Translations under genes and position numbers: made by a program
Shown here: positions 19,452 through 28,291 of the stretch, in pieces
Numbering within the stretch: position 1 is the stretch's first letter
Layout of the letters: every line of letters starts with the position of its first letter
From: Candidatus Firestoneibacteriota bacterium
GTDB lineage: Bacteria; Oederibacteriota; Muellerivitia; Muellerivitales; Muellerivitaceae
Assembly: GCA_013286205.1 (NCBI GenBank)
Contig: JABDGD010000011.1
Coordinates: 90 to 64,089, forward strand
Direction of reading: 5' to 3'
Length of the DNA: 64,000 nt
Notes under the pieces: model-generated
The model's input: only the letters and a program-made list of their open reading frames with translations
What the model was told of the DNA's origin: nothing
Databases searched by the model: none

Positions 19452-19499
19452 GAAAGACCACTGAAATAGGGCCAAATCACAATGAATTCGGCCCTAATT

Positions 19500-21278
19500 T
19501 TAGCTTAAATCTTCCAATTCGATCTTGATGTGGAGCTCATCCATCAGGTCTTGGTCAATGACCGAGGGTGACCCGGTCATCAGGTCCGTCGCCTTAGCCG
19601 TCTTCGGGAAGGCAATGACCTCGCGGATATTGTTGGTACCCGCCAGGAGCATGATGAGACGGTCCAGGCCGAAGGCCATCCCGCCGTGAGGAGGGGCGCC
19701 ATAGGACAGGGCCTTCAAGAGGAAGCCAAAACGCTCTTCCGCCTTTTCGGGGCTGATGTCGAGGATCTTAAAGATCTTGGACTGCAGATCCATATCGTGA
19801 ATACGAATGGAGCCGCCGCCAATTTCAAAGCCGTTCAACACAATGTCATAACCCTTGGACTTGGCTTTCATCGGGTCTGTATCGAGCAAGGCTAAGTCGG
19901 CCTCTTTGGGCGAAGTGAAGGGATGGTTCATCGAAAACACTCGGCCCTTTTCATCATGTCCGAACATCGGAATATCAACCACCCAGCAGAAGGCCCACTT
20001 GGGTCCCTTTTCAATCAAGCCCTTCTTTTTGGCAATCTCGACGCGCAACTGACCCAGCGACTCATTCACGGTGTCGATATGGTCCGCTCCAAAGAGGAAC
20101 AAGTCCCCTTCTTCACCCTTCAACGCGGTCAAAATTTCTTTTTGAACCTCTTCGTTGAAATACTTCACGATGTTGGAATCCAGCTTGCCGTCTTTCACCT
20201 TGAACCAGGCCATACCCTTCGCGCCGTACTTGGCGACAAAAGCGGTCAGGTCTTCCATGTCTTTACGGGAAAAGTCAGCGCAGCCCTTGGCGTTGAGGGC
20301 CTTCACCGCGTCACCGCGGGAAACCACATCTTTAAACACTTTAAAGTCGGACTTGGCGGCGATGGCCGTCACGTCCACCATCGGCATGTCAAAGCGCAGG
20401 TCCGGCTTGTCGTTGCCGTATTTGTTCATGGATTCTTCAAAGGTAATCCGGGGAAAGGGTGTCTTGATGTCTTCGCCCAGCACTTCTTTAAAAACGTTCT
20501 TCATGATGCCTTCACCCAAACCGTAAATGTCGTCTTCATCAATGAAAGACATTTCGATATCGACCTGGGTAAATTCGGGCTGACGATCCGCGCGGGGATC
20601 TTCATCGCGGAAACAACGGGCAATTTGGTAATAGCGGTCTAAGCCAGCGACCATCGAGAGCTGCTTGAAAATCTGCGGGCTTTGCGGCAAGACATAGAAC
20701 TTGCCCGGATATACACGGCTGGGCACCACATATTCGCGGGCGCCTTCCGGAGTGTTTTTAATGAGAATCGGCGTTTCAATTTCGAGGAAGCTTTGGTTGT
20801 TCATGTAAGAACGGATGGCCGTCGAGGTCTTGTGACGCATGACGATCTTGTCTTTCATGGAAGGACGGCGCAGATCTAAATAGCGGTGTTCTAGGCGGAC
20901 TTCTTCAGCCACTTCCACTTCATCCTCAATCGGAAAGACGGGCGTGAGGGACGAGTTGAGCACTTTTACTTCCTGGCACTTAACTTCAATTTCACCCGTA
21001 CCCAGCTTGGGGTTCACGGTGCCTTCGGGGCGGGCCATCACTTCACCTTTAATGGCCAAAACCCATTCATTGCGAACCAGATGGGATTGTTGATGGTCTT
21101 TGGGGTCAAACACGATCTGGGTAATGCCATAGCGGTCGCGAAGATCGACGAACACTAAGCCTCCGTGATCCCGGCGGCGGTGCACCCAGCCCATCAGGAT
21201 AACGGTCTTGCCTTTGTCGGCGCCCCGCAGGTCGCCGCAAGTATGTGTTCTTTTCCAGCCGCCTAAAAATTCCGCCAC
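19500..21278 (-). CDS. aspS: aspartate--tRNA ligase
   Basis: Class IIb motifs: FRDEDPRADRQPEFTQVD, GGGSIRIH and the C-terminal GLDRLIMLL. The likely start is the GTG at 21278, 6 nt after AGGAGA. The ORF-track extension to 21329 would run through a terminator hairpin. Confidence 0.95.
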   Translation of the reverse strand: MAEFLGGWKRTHTCGDLRGADKGKTVILMGWVHRRRDHGGLVFVDLRDRYGITQIVFDPKDHQQSHLVRNEWVLAIKGEVMARPEGTVNPKLGTGEIEVKCQEVKVLNSSLTPVFPIEDEVEVAEEVRLEHRYLDLRRPSMKDKIVMRHKTSTAIRSYMNNQSFLEIETPILIKNTPEGAREYVVPSRVYPGKFYVLPQSPQIFKQLSMVAGLDRYYQIARCFRDEDPRADRQPEFTQVDIEMSFIDEDDIYGLGEGIMKNVFKEVLGEDIKTPFPRITFEESMNKYGNDKPDLRFDMPMVDVTAIAAKSDFKVFKDVVSRGDAVKALNAKGCADFSRKDMEDLTAFVAKYGAKGMAWFKVKDGKLDSNIVKYFNEEVQKEILTALKGEEGDLFLFGADHIDTVNESLGQLRVEIAKKKGLIEKGPKWAFCWVVDIPMFGHDEKGRVFSMNHPFTSPKEADLALLDTDPMKAKSKGYDIVLNGFEIGGGSIRIHDMDLQSKIFKILDISPEKAEERFGFLLKALSYGAPPHGGMAFGLDRLIMLLAGTNNIREVIAFPKTAKATDLMTGSPSVIDQDLMDELHIKIELEDLS

Positions 21279-21296
21279 GTGGTTTCTCCTAGTAAT

Positions 21297-21317
21297 AAAA
21301 AAGGCCCTTAAGGGGCC
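21297..21317 (-). terminator. intrinsic terminator after the AT-rich hypothetical gene
   Basis: The minus strand reads GGCCC-cuuaa-GGGCC followed by UUUUUUAUU. It sits between the stop at 21382 and the aspS RBS. Confidence 0.55.
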
Positions 21318-21381
21318 GTATGATAACACAAGCTTTTGGGCCTATTAACTAGAAAAGCTACCCAAGCAATGAATCATCTAT

Positions 21382-22086
21382 TTAAAGTCTCCAATACTCA
21401 CTAATCAAAGTAATGTTATTGGACATCAGTTCATAAACCGCTTCTTTATCAGCTAAATCTTCATGTTTGTTAACAACAACGAATTTTCTGCCATTTATTT
21501 GAAAGTATTGTTCAAAGACAATTCTTCTGCCGACCTCATCACGTATCACGTTTACAATTCCGTCGTGCTTAACAATAACAATTGCAGGCGTAGTCTCGCC
21601 GCAGACACGGGTCGAAAGCATCTCTACAAATTCAACTGCATCTTTTTTGAAAAAGTAGGCACTATCAAATTTGTACTCATTTGGCGGCGGGCACTCATCT
21701 GTTTTCAATTTACCAAGACCACGTTTTATAGTTCCCTCGGCTTGTTTTTCGTCAATTTCGACCATTTGATTATCGGTTCGCATTTCCATTTCAGATCGCG
21801 CATTACCTCCCAGCGAAACAACATTAGCGCAAACCAAAACGGCATCTTCTTCAGCTTCCTTCTCTTGTTTTTTGGTTAAATTTAATTTATTCCAATCAAT
21901 ATCAAACGTTGGAGTGTCTTCGCTAAAACGATTCGGAACAATCTTGTATCCGCTCAGTGACGTTTCACCCAAATACTTGGAGTTAGAAAAAACATAAAAT
22001 TTCGTTTCGGGTTTCGGCAGCAGGTATTTACTTCCAATCGTCAGTGGAACTTTTGCAACCACACCAGTTTCCACATTCTTTATCAT
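21382..22086 (-). CDS. hypothetical protein; probably the 3' part of a frameshifted secreted-protein gene
   Basis: 234-aa ORF that is AT-rich and has no Shine-Dalgarno before its ATG. The ATG is the tail of an A7 run. See the companion ORF 22028..22267. Confidence 0.6.
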   Translation of the reverse strand: MIKNVETGVVAKVPLTIGSKYLLPKPETKFYVFSNSKYLGETSLSGYKIVPNRFSEDTPTFDIDWNKLNLTKKQEKEAEEDAVLVCANVVSLGGNARSEMEMRTDNQMVEIDEKQAEGTIKRGLGKLKTDECPPPNEYKFDSAYFFKKDAVEFVEMLSTRVCGETTPAIVIVKHDGIVNVIRDEVGRRIVFEQYFQINGRKFVVVNKHEDLADKEAVYELMSNNITLISEYWRL

Positions 22087-22267
22087 TTTTTTGTCTATCT
22101 AATAAAGACAAAATCAAATTGGCCGTTTCTTGGCTAGTTTTGTTTTGGTCAGCTAGGAGAGCATTTCCGTCAACAGAGAAGAATGAAAGGTTTTCAGTTT
22201 CAGCTATTAAGAATGAAGGTGTTAATGCGAAAATAAAAACAAGTACTAAATAAGCGCTCTTAAACAT
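22028..22267 (-). CDS. signal-peptide-bearing fragment; probably the 5' part of the same frameshifted gene
   Basis: Begins with a strong RBS (GGAGG, then 6 nt, then ATG). It has a Sec-type signal peptide MFKSAYLVLVFIFALTPSFLIAE. The frame closes 59 nt after the A7 run at 22086-22092. Confidence 0.5.
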   Translation of the reverse strand: MFKSAYLVLVFIFALTPSFLIAETENLSFFSVDGNALLADQNKTSQETANLILSLLDRQKNDKECGNWCGCKSSTDDWK

Positions 22268-22311
22268 CTAAACCTCCAATCAACGCGGGTATTAACAAGC
22301 GTTATATCAAC

Positions 22312-23775
22312 TTAGGAAAGTTTAGCCAAAAGTGTTTTTAACTGTTCGGCATTCATTTCGGTGTCCTGGCGATTCGAAAGCTGGCGAACCTTGAAGGTTT
22401 GAGCGCCCGGCACAAAGTCTGTAATGGCGTATTCCAAGCCGCTTCCCTGTGCCGCCACCAACTGCTTCACCTTATCCTTCTTCTCCAACCCGGTCTCCAC
22501 CGCAATACCGTGAGCCCGGAGGCTTTCGGCCAAAACTTGAATGTCTTTTTCGGACTTACCATCGTTCACAATATAAACGCGAGATTGCAGGGCCTTCGAA
22601 ATACCGCCCCGTTCCATCAAGATGGTCAAGATACGTTCAAAACCTAACGACAAGCCAACCGCTGGAGTATTTTTAGGTCCGCCTAATTTCTCAATGAGGC
22701 CGTCATACCGTCCCCCGCCGCCAATGGAAAAGGTGAAGTCTTGATCAATCACGTTTATTTCGAAAACAAGTCCAGTGTAATAATCAAACCCACGAACTAA
22801 AAGCGGATCAAAAACAACATTGGCGTCCTCATTAACCTCGCGAACCTTCTTCTTAATTGCGTCTATTTTTTGCCAAATCGCGTCAACGCCATTTTCCGCA
22901 AAATAACCGTCGCTCAACTTTCCAGCGAGCGCATCCCGAATAAAGTTAAATAGCTTTTTCGAAATGTCATCAGGAATTCCATAGCCTTCAATTTCGCGCC
23001 AAACCTGATTGAAATCTTGTTTATCAAGTTTATCGATAGCAACCAAAACGCCTGGCATTTTTTCAAGATTTACACCTACAGCAGTCAACATTTGAGGCAA
23101 CAACGACTTATCGTTAATTCGAATTTTAAACTTACCGATATTTAACGCTTTCAAAACACGGTCGGTCGCAAGTAAAAGTTCAATTTCACAATTCTCTGAA
23201 TCACTACCAACAATATCAATGTCGCATTGGTAAAACTCACGGAAGCGACCCTTTTGCGGACGATCCGCGCGCCAAACAGGGCCAATATGGTAACAACGAA
23301 ATGGTTTCGGCAGGTCGTTAGCGTGATTACCGTAGTAGCGAGCCAAAGGAACCGTCATATCGAAGCGAAGACCCATATCAGCAGTTTGCTTCATTTTTTC
23401 CATCAACTCGGCATGATTCCCGAAAGAAATCGACTGATTCCCTCTTTCGTCTTTGATAATTTTACCTTCACCAGGAGTGACAACATCTACTTGAGAACCT
23501 CCCTGGTCATTACCTTTAATATTAAACGTTCCCAAAAAGACTCTGTTTAAATCTTCGCCACGTTTTTCAACACGAAACATCAACTTCTCGTTTTCGCCGC
23601 CGCCCTTGCCCTGCAGCACTTCAATGTTTTCCATGACCGGCGTATCAATGGGTTGGAAACCGTAAAGCTGGTAATGGCTTTCAATCAAGCGGATGAGTTT
23701 TTGGCGCAGAAGGGTTTCTTGCGGAAGCCAGTCCCGCATACCCTTGGGAGGAACGAATTTAGAGTTGTCCGCCAC
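22312..23775 (-). CDS. hisS: histidine--tRNA ligase (with an extra ~55-aa insertion)
   Basis: Motifs found: KGMRDWLP, LRFDMTVPLARY, GRFREFYQCDIDIVG, RGFDYYTG and GGGRYD, plus an anticodon-binding C-terminus. The GTG start is preceded by AGGAG. Confidence 0.92.
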   Translation of the reverse strand: MADNSKFVPPKGMRDWLPQETLLRQKLIRLIESHYQLYGFQPIDTPVMENIEVLQGKGGGENEKLMFRVEKRGEDLNRVFLGTFNIKGNDQGGSQVDVVTPGEGKIIKDERGNQSISFGNHAELMEKMKQTADMGLRFDMTVPLARYYGNHANDLPKPFRCYHIGPVWRADRPQKGRFREFYQCDIDIVGSDSENCEIELLLATDRVLKALNIGKFKIRINDKSLLPQMLTAVGVNLEKMPGVLVAIDKLDKQDFNQVWREIEGYGIPDDISKKLFNFIRDALAGKLSDGYFAENGVDAIWQKIDAIKKKVREVNEDANVVFDPLLVRGFDYYTGLVFEINVIDQDFTFSIGGGGRYDGLIEKLGGPKNTPAVGLSLGFERILTILMERGGISKALQSRVYIVNDGKSEKDIQVLAESLRAHGIAVETGLEKKDKVKQLVAAQGSGLEYAITDFVPGAQTFKVRQLSNRQDTEMNAEQLKTLLAKLS

Positions 23776-23784
23776 GAAAAGCTC

Positions 23785-26115
23785 CTATTGAACCTGGTTC
23801 AGTTTGCCGCTTTCAATCTTCAAGACCGGCACCAGCTTATCCGCCTCGCCGTGACCGGCGAAATTGGTGATACCGCTGACACCATCATAATTGGTAATCG
23901 CCATCAGGTTGGCGCGAATATCATCCCGGCTGGACGACATTAATGTGGCTTTGAGCATCATATTCATGGCGTCATAGCTCTGAGCGGCCAAAAGATCGGG
24001 ACGCTTGTTAAAGCGCTTCAAGAAATCATCCGCGAATTTCTTCACCTTGCCCTGTGTGCTATCCACATAGAAACCCGTCACAAAATAGGAACCTTCCAGA
24101 TCTTTGCTGCCTTCCTGGCGGGCCGCGTCGTTTTGCCATAAATGGCCGCCCAAGAGAACGGGGTTTAAGCCGTAAAAGTGAACCTGTGAGGCGATTTGGG
24201 GAATTTCGACCGCTGTGTGACCCGGCAAATAAAGCGCCTGAATATTCTCTGTGTTTTGAGCGGCAGCCGTGGGCTTCACAGCGTTATAAAGAATCTTGTT
24301 TTGGTAAATCTTCACAAAACCTTTCGAAGCCGCGTCTAACTGATAGGCCTCGAAGTGAACCCCATAAAGCCAGACGGGTCCATAAATAGGATCTTTCGAT
24401 TCGTCGTCAAACACCTTGAGGGTGATGATTAAAGAAGCCTGGGTGTCCTGCGCCAGATCGCCCCATTGGGCTTTGGTCTCGGGATAAAAAACACCTTTGG
24501 GCAGGCGGGTAAAAGCCTGTTTCACTAAATCTTCGCTTCGCACCGCGAAGGACTGCTGGCCTTTTAGTGAAACCTTCACCGTATCCGCTAAAGAGTTGGA
24601 AATAGTCGGTTCGGCTTTGTCATTGCCCAAAACTTCCGGCAACACCACAAAAGCGATAGCCGGGCCCACTATAGGAGTGGGGGTTACAGAAGGATCAGGC
24701 GTCGGTGATTCCACAATTGGCTGAGAAGCCGTGACATCTTTGGACTTCACCAAAATCTTATCAATCTCTTTGCCGATCTTATAATTCAAGTCATCTAAAC
24801 GGCGTTTACCCTCACGGTCGCCTTCTTTCACCGCGCCCGGATCCTGCCCGCCCAGAGCCACCAGTTGCTCTCTAAAGTCGGTGGAGTTGGAGGGATAGGT
24901 TTGGACCGAGGCCACTGTGCCACCCGCGGCTTTCACCGCGTCGCCAAAAGCCTGGGCTAAAGTATTACCGTAATTATTGCTGTCGCTGTCATCCGGCGCC
25001 AAAATGCCGAAGCGTTTGAAACCTAAATGCTCAACGGCATACTTGGCCATGGCGCGGCCTTGCATTTCATTGGTCATGCTGTTGCTAAAAAGATAAGGCC
25101 CCAAAGTAGACAAACCATCATGCGGGTCCGAGGGACAAATCATCGTGATCTTGTTTTGATTGGCTAAAGAACCCACCACACTAAATTCCGAAGGAAGCAC
25201 CGGGCCCACAATGGCATCCAGCGTATTATCCGCGGTCATATCCTGAAACACTTTGGCGGCCTTCACCGGGTCGCCCGCCGTATCCCGAACCACCACCGTC
25301 ACCGTCTTATGCGTTGCGCCGGACTGTTCAGCTTCTTCCGCTGCCAACAAGACCCCGTTCATCACCGCCTCGCCAAAAGCTTTATAACGGCCGGTGGTCG
25401 GCACTAAAACCCCAATGCGCCAGGTTTTGTTGGAAGTCGTTTTAACTTGAAGGGACTGAAGCAGGGTTTGAGCCGCGCCCACCGAAGCGTCATTGGGACA
25501 CTGGCGGATGTAGTTATTTAAGTGATCGTAAGCCTCGGTTTGTAAACCCGCCTGGGCTTCCTTATTCCCCAATTGAAACAAAGCGGAACATTGAGAAGAG
25601 GAATCCGAATAATTGGTCACAAAGCTTTTGAGATCATCCAAACCTAAAAAGTGGGTGATAACAAACTCTGTCATTTGATGGCTCTGAGCGGCGTAAGTTG
25701 AATTGGGGTATTTGCTCATTAAGCTTTGAAAAGCGGCCAGGGACGGTAAATAGTCTTTTTTGTCGTAATAAATCTGTCCCACCATGTACTGGGACTTATC
25801 CTGCTGGGCGCCGGATAAAGAAGCCAGCTTCTGATAATTTTTCAGGGCGTTGGTAAAATCCGCGTGGTTGTATTGGTATTGGGCGATAGTTTGAGAATCT
25901 TCGACATTCGAATCATTCACTCCCGCTCCGCCATTGCGGGTCAAAGCAGCCTGGTAATCTTGATCACTGACAGCTTCATGCGTGTTGACTAAAGCGGGGG
26001 CCAAAACCGGAGCCGGTGTAGCCACGGCCGAAACTGAGTTTTGTTGAAGGGTGGCCCGGGGAGCGCAGCCTAAGCCTACTAAAGCGGTCATCAAAAATAA
26101 CCATCTGAGTTTCAC
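23785..26115 (-). CDS. lipoprotein with an N-terminal TPR/YbgF-like region and a type-I periplasmic-binding-protein (LivK/LpoA-like) domain
   Basis: Carries the lipobox LVGLGC at residues 12-17. A TPR-like region (YMVGQIYYDKKDYLPSLAAFQSLMSKYPNSTYA) follows. Then comes a PBP1-like region: WRIGVLVPTTGRYKAFGEAVMNGVLLA...VVRDTAGDP...AIVGPV. It uses a GTG start. Confidence 0.7.
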   Translation of the reverse strand: MKLRWLFLMTALVGLGCAPRATLQQNSVSAVATPAPVLAPALVNTHEAVSDQDYQAALTRNGGAGVNDSNVEDSQTIAQYQYNHADFTNALKNYQKLASLSGAQQDKSQYMVGQIYYDKKDYLPSLAAFQSLMSKYPNSTYAAQSHQMTEFVITHFLGLDDLKSFVTNYSDSSSQCSALFQLGNKEAQAGLQTEAYDHLNNYIRQCPNDASVGAAQTLLQSLQVKTTSNKTWRIGVLVPTTGRYKAFGEAVMNGVLLAAEEAEQSGATHKTVTVVVRDTAGDPVKAAKVFQDMTADNTLDAIVGPVLPSEFSVVGSLANQNKITMICPSDPHDGLSTLGPYLFSNSMTNEMQGRAMAKYAVEHLGFKRFGILAPDDSDSNNYGNTLAQAFGDAVKAAGGTVASVQTYPSNSTDFREQLVALGGQDPGAVKEGDREGKRRLDDLNYKIGKEIDKILVKSKDVTASQPIVESPTPDPSVTPTPIVGPAIAFVVLPEVLGNDKAEPTISNSLADTVKVSLKGQQSFAVRSEDLVKQAFTRLPKGVFYPETKAQWGDLAQDTQASLIITLKVFDDESKDPIYGPVWLYGVHFEAYQLDAASKGFVKIYQNKILYNAVKPTAAAQNTENIQALYLPGHTAVEIPQIASQVHFYGLNPVLLGGHLWQNDAARQEGSKDLEGSYFVTGFYVDSTQGKVKKFADDFLKRFNKRPDLLAAQSYDAMNMMLKATLMSSSRDDIRANLMAITNYDGVSGITNFAGHGEADKLVPVLKIESGKLNQVQ

Positions 26116-26235
26116 GGTGTTTCCTTTAATCGAGTTAGAAATGGACGGGCTCAGGCCCTAAGAAGGCTAAATCTTCCTTGGTTTTGGTGACTTTTGCAAG
26201 TTGAGAAGACAAGTTTGCGCCCAGAAATGGTTCAC

Positions 26236-26688
26236 TTATTGAATGCCGGTATGCCCAAAACCACCGCCGCCACGCGCCGTATCATCCAGACTATCAACTT
26301 GATCGATTTGAGCGTGAGCTACTGGTGAAATAAGAAGCTGGGCGATCCGGTCGCCGCGTTTGAGAACAACCGGCTCCTGGCCCAGATTAATTAAAAGAAC
26401 TTTAACCTCACCGCGGTAATCCGAATCGATCGTGCCGGGTGTATTGGCTACAGTCAGCCCCTGTTTCATTGCCAACCCGCTGCGGGGTCTGATGCCGCCT
26501 TCAAAACCAACCGGGATCGCCATTTTCAAACCTGTCGGCACCAGACCCCGTTCTCCGGGTTTTAAAGTAAAGGGTTCGGTTAACGCCGCCCGAAGATCTA
26601 ACCCCGCCGCGCCATCCGTGGCATAGGCCGGCAGGCCCAGATCATTGTTGCCCGGCAAAACTTCAATTTTCAAAGTCGGTTGTGTCAT
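26236..26688 (-). CDS. dut: dUTP diphosphatase
   Basis: Motifs AGLDLRA, PRSGLA and GTIDSDYRGE, with a Gly-rich C-terminus. The ATG at 26688 overlaps the upstream stop (ATGA); the ORF track starts 6 nt earlier. Confidence 0.95.
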   Translation of the reverse strand: MTQPTLKIEVLPGNNDLGLPAYATDGAAGLDLRAALTEPFTLKPGERGLVPTGLKMAIPVGFEGGIRPRSGLAMKQGLTVANTPGTIDSDYRGEVKVLLINLGQEPVVLKRGDRIAQLLISPVAHAQIDQVDSLDDTARGGGGFGHTGIQ

Positions 26689-28268
26689 TTCCATCCCTCG
26701 GCGAAGGCCCGTCTGATTTTTTCTTTCATGTCAGTGAAAACTTCCGGTTCAAAACAGAAGAAAGGATACTCGCGAAAAGCTAAAACGTCCCTGGTTTCTT
26801 TAACCGCCTGAGCGTCTAAAACCCCTTGTTCGATCACGGATAAAATTTCCCCATAGCTGGCGTAAAGCTCACCGTTAATTTCTTTAATGCGTTTAGCCGC
26901 CTGAGGCCGTTTCGCGGGATCCTTCAGCGAATTCACCGCCTCTTTCTTTTCATCAGCCAGCTTTCTCAAATTCTCATTTTGAAGACACTTTTCAAAAGAA
27001 CTATGCATGAAAGATGGTACGTCTCTTTTCCAATCCGCCTCGCGGGTAAAAAGATATTCGGGATTTTGTTCCAAGGCTCTGGCCCACAAACCCAAAATCC
27101 TCTCGTGATTCACGATCACGTCCAGTCCTTCACTCTCTTTGGAGTCGACCAGATAGGTTGCCGAGACAATTCCGTAAGCCGGAGGATCAATCTGGGTCGT
27201 TTTTTTAAAGAACAAGTCGACAACTTGTTCGTATACCCCGCCGCCAATGCCGTGAATAAAGAAGTCGCACAAATACATACGGCAAAAGAGGGTTTGAGGA
27301 ATGGCTTTGGGCCAGATTTTCAAAGGTGAGGCGCCTAATTGGGTTTTCAAATCATCCAAAAGAAAATCATGATGCCCCTCAACCCCTTTTACCTTGAGCG
27401 TCACTTTCTTGCCGTCTGTTTTGGCCCAGATGGTATCCCGATGGTGGCTTTTGGCGCTTCCCCAAAAAGGCGTCTCGAAATACCAATCCTCAAACTTCAG
27501 ATTGGGCACCGGTTCAATTTCGTGGGTAATGCCGTTAGTTTTGCGGTATTCATTGAGCGCCTCGTTGTACTGTTCTCCCAGTTCGGTCATGTGGCTCAGC
27601 CAATAAGTCACGAAGTTTAGAAAAGGCTCAGACGCCCAAAGCTGGCTGCCCACCAAAGTGGTTCTTTTAGTGCCGTCGATTTGATCCAATAGATCCAGCG
27701 AATGGCAGTGAAACTGATCCCAGCTGGTATTTACCTTCAGGCCTTTGATCAACTTGTCCTCAAAATATTTCACCGACTTGTGAGCCGAGGCGGGACCAAA
27801 GGCCGCCAAATCGGACAAAATTTTCTTAAGCGCCCCTTCGTCGGGAGCGGGCATAAAAGCATAAGGTGTCGAGCGTTCTTTGGTCTTAGCGTCTTTAGAA
27901 ATAAAAAAATCAACCTCGCTGCGGCGGGCTTTTCCTTTTTCGTTAATTTCCGGAATGAAGTGGGTAAACTCGGGCGAAAGCGCCGTATCAGTTAATTTGT
28001 GATAGGCCACGCCGGATACGGATAAGGCCAGCTGGCTGGCGGCGAGGCACTTGGCCCAGATACCGGGATAAAAGAAAACCGGCTGATGACCCGTTAAAAC
28101 AATCGGGCAATCAGTCGGCATTTTGAAGTGCTCGCGGACTTTAGAAGCCTTTTGGCCCCACAACGGAATGTTAAAGAATTTTTCTCTATTTCGCAGGACA
28201 GCGTTACGCCATTGGGTGGGTTCGGGCTCAAAGTAAAACTCGCCGTGATGTTTGGGTGTCTTTTCCAT
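26685..28268 (-). CDS. conserved-looking hypothetical protein, 527 aa (remote BshC-like pattern, unverified)
   Basis: Soluble protein. The segments IVLTGHQPVFFYPGIWAKCLAASQLA and FFIHGIGGGVYEQV recall, from memory, the GGQQ...LY and AGPGE regions of bacillithiol synthase BshC. No confident assignment is made. Confidence 0.6.
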   Translation of the reverse strand: MEKTPKHHGEFYFEPEPTQWRNAVLRNREKFFNIPLWGQKASKVREHFKMPTDCPIVLTGHQPVFFYPGIWAKCLAASQLALSVSGVAYHKLTDTALSPEFTHFIPEINEKGKARRSEVDFFISKDAKTKERSTPYAFMPAPDEGALKKILSDLAAFGPASAHKSVKYFEDKLIKGLKVNTSWDQFHCHSLDLLDQIDGTKRTTLVGSQLWASEPFLNFVTYWLSHMTELGEQYNEALNEYRKTNGITHEIEPVPNLKFEDWYFETPFWGSAKSHHRDTIWAKTDGKKVTLKVKGVEGHHDFLLDDLKTQLGASPLKIWPKAIPQTLFCRMYLCDFFIHGIGGGVYEQVVDLFFKKTTQIDPPAYGIVSATYLVDSKESEGLDVIVNHERILGLWARALEQNPEYLFTREADWKRDVPSFMHSSFEKCLQNENLRKLADEKKEAVNSLKDPAKRPQAAKRIKEINGELYASYGEILSVIEQGVLDAQAVKETRDVLAFREYPFFCFEPEVFTDMKEKIRRAFAEGWK

Positions 28269-28291
28269 CAGAGTCCTCGTAAAAGATTATC

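Noticed and set aside
19292-19499. The larger intergenic gaps (also 6519-6806, 26116-26235, 30473-30585 and 43648-43768), inspected for tRNA, rRNA or known riboswitches.
   Set aside because: I found no cloverleaf-compatible sequence and no recognisable riboswitch core. The only exception is the PyrR element at 6668-6697.
19923-20642. 239-aa plus-strand ORF.
   Set aside because: It is antisense to aspS, which has unambiguous class II synthetase motifs. It has no RBS and no recognisable domain.
21279-21329. 17-codon N-terminal extension of aspS.
   Set aside because: It would include the GGCCC/GGGCC terminator hairpin and its U-tract. A GTG at 21278 has a well-spaced AGGAGA.
21330-22311. The AT-rich islets (also 2025-2321 and 6807-7532), considered as mobile elements.
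   Set aside because: I could see no integrase or transposase, no flanking direct or inverted repeats, and no tRNA attachment site. They are reported only as compositional anomalies.
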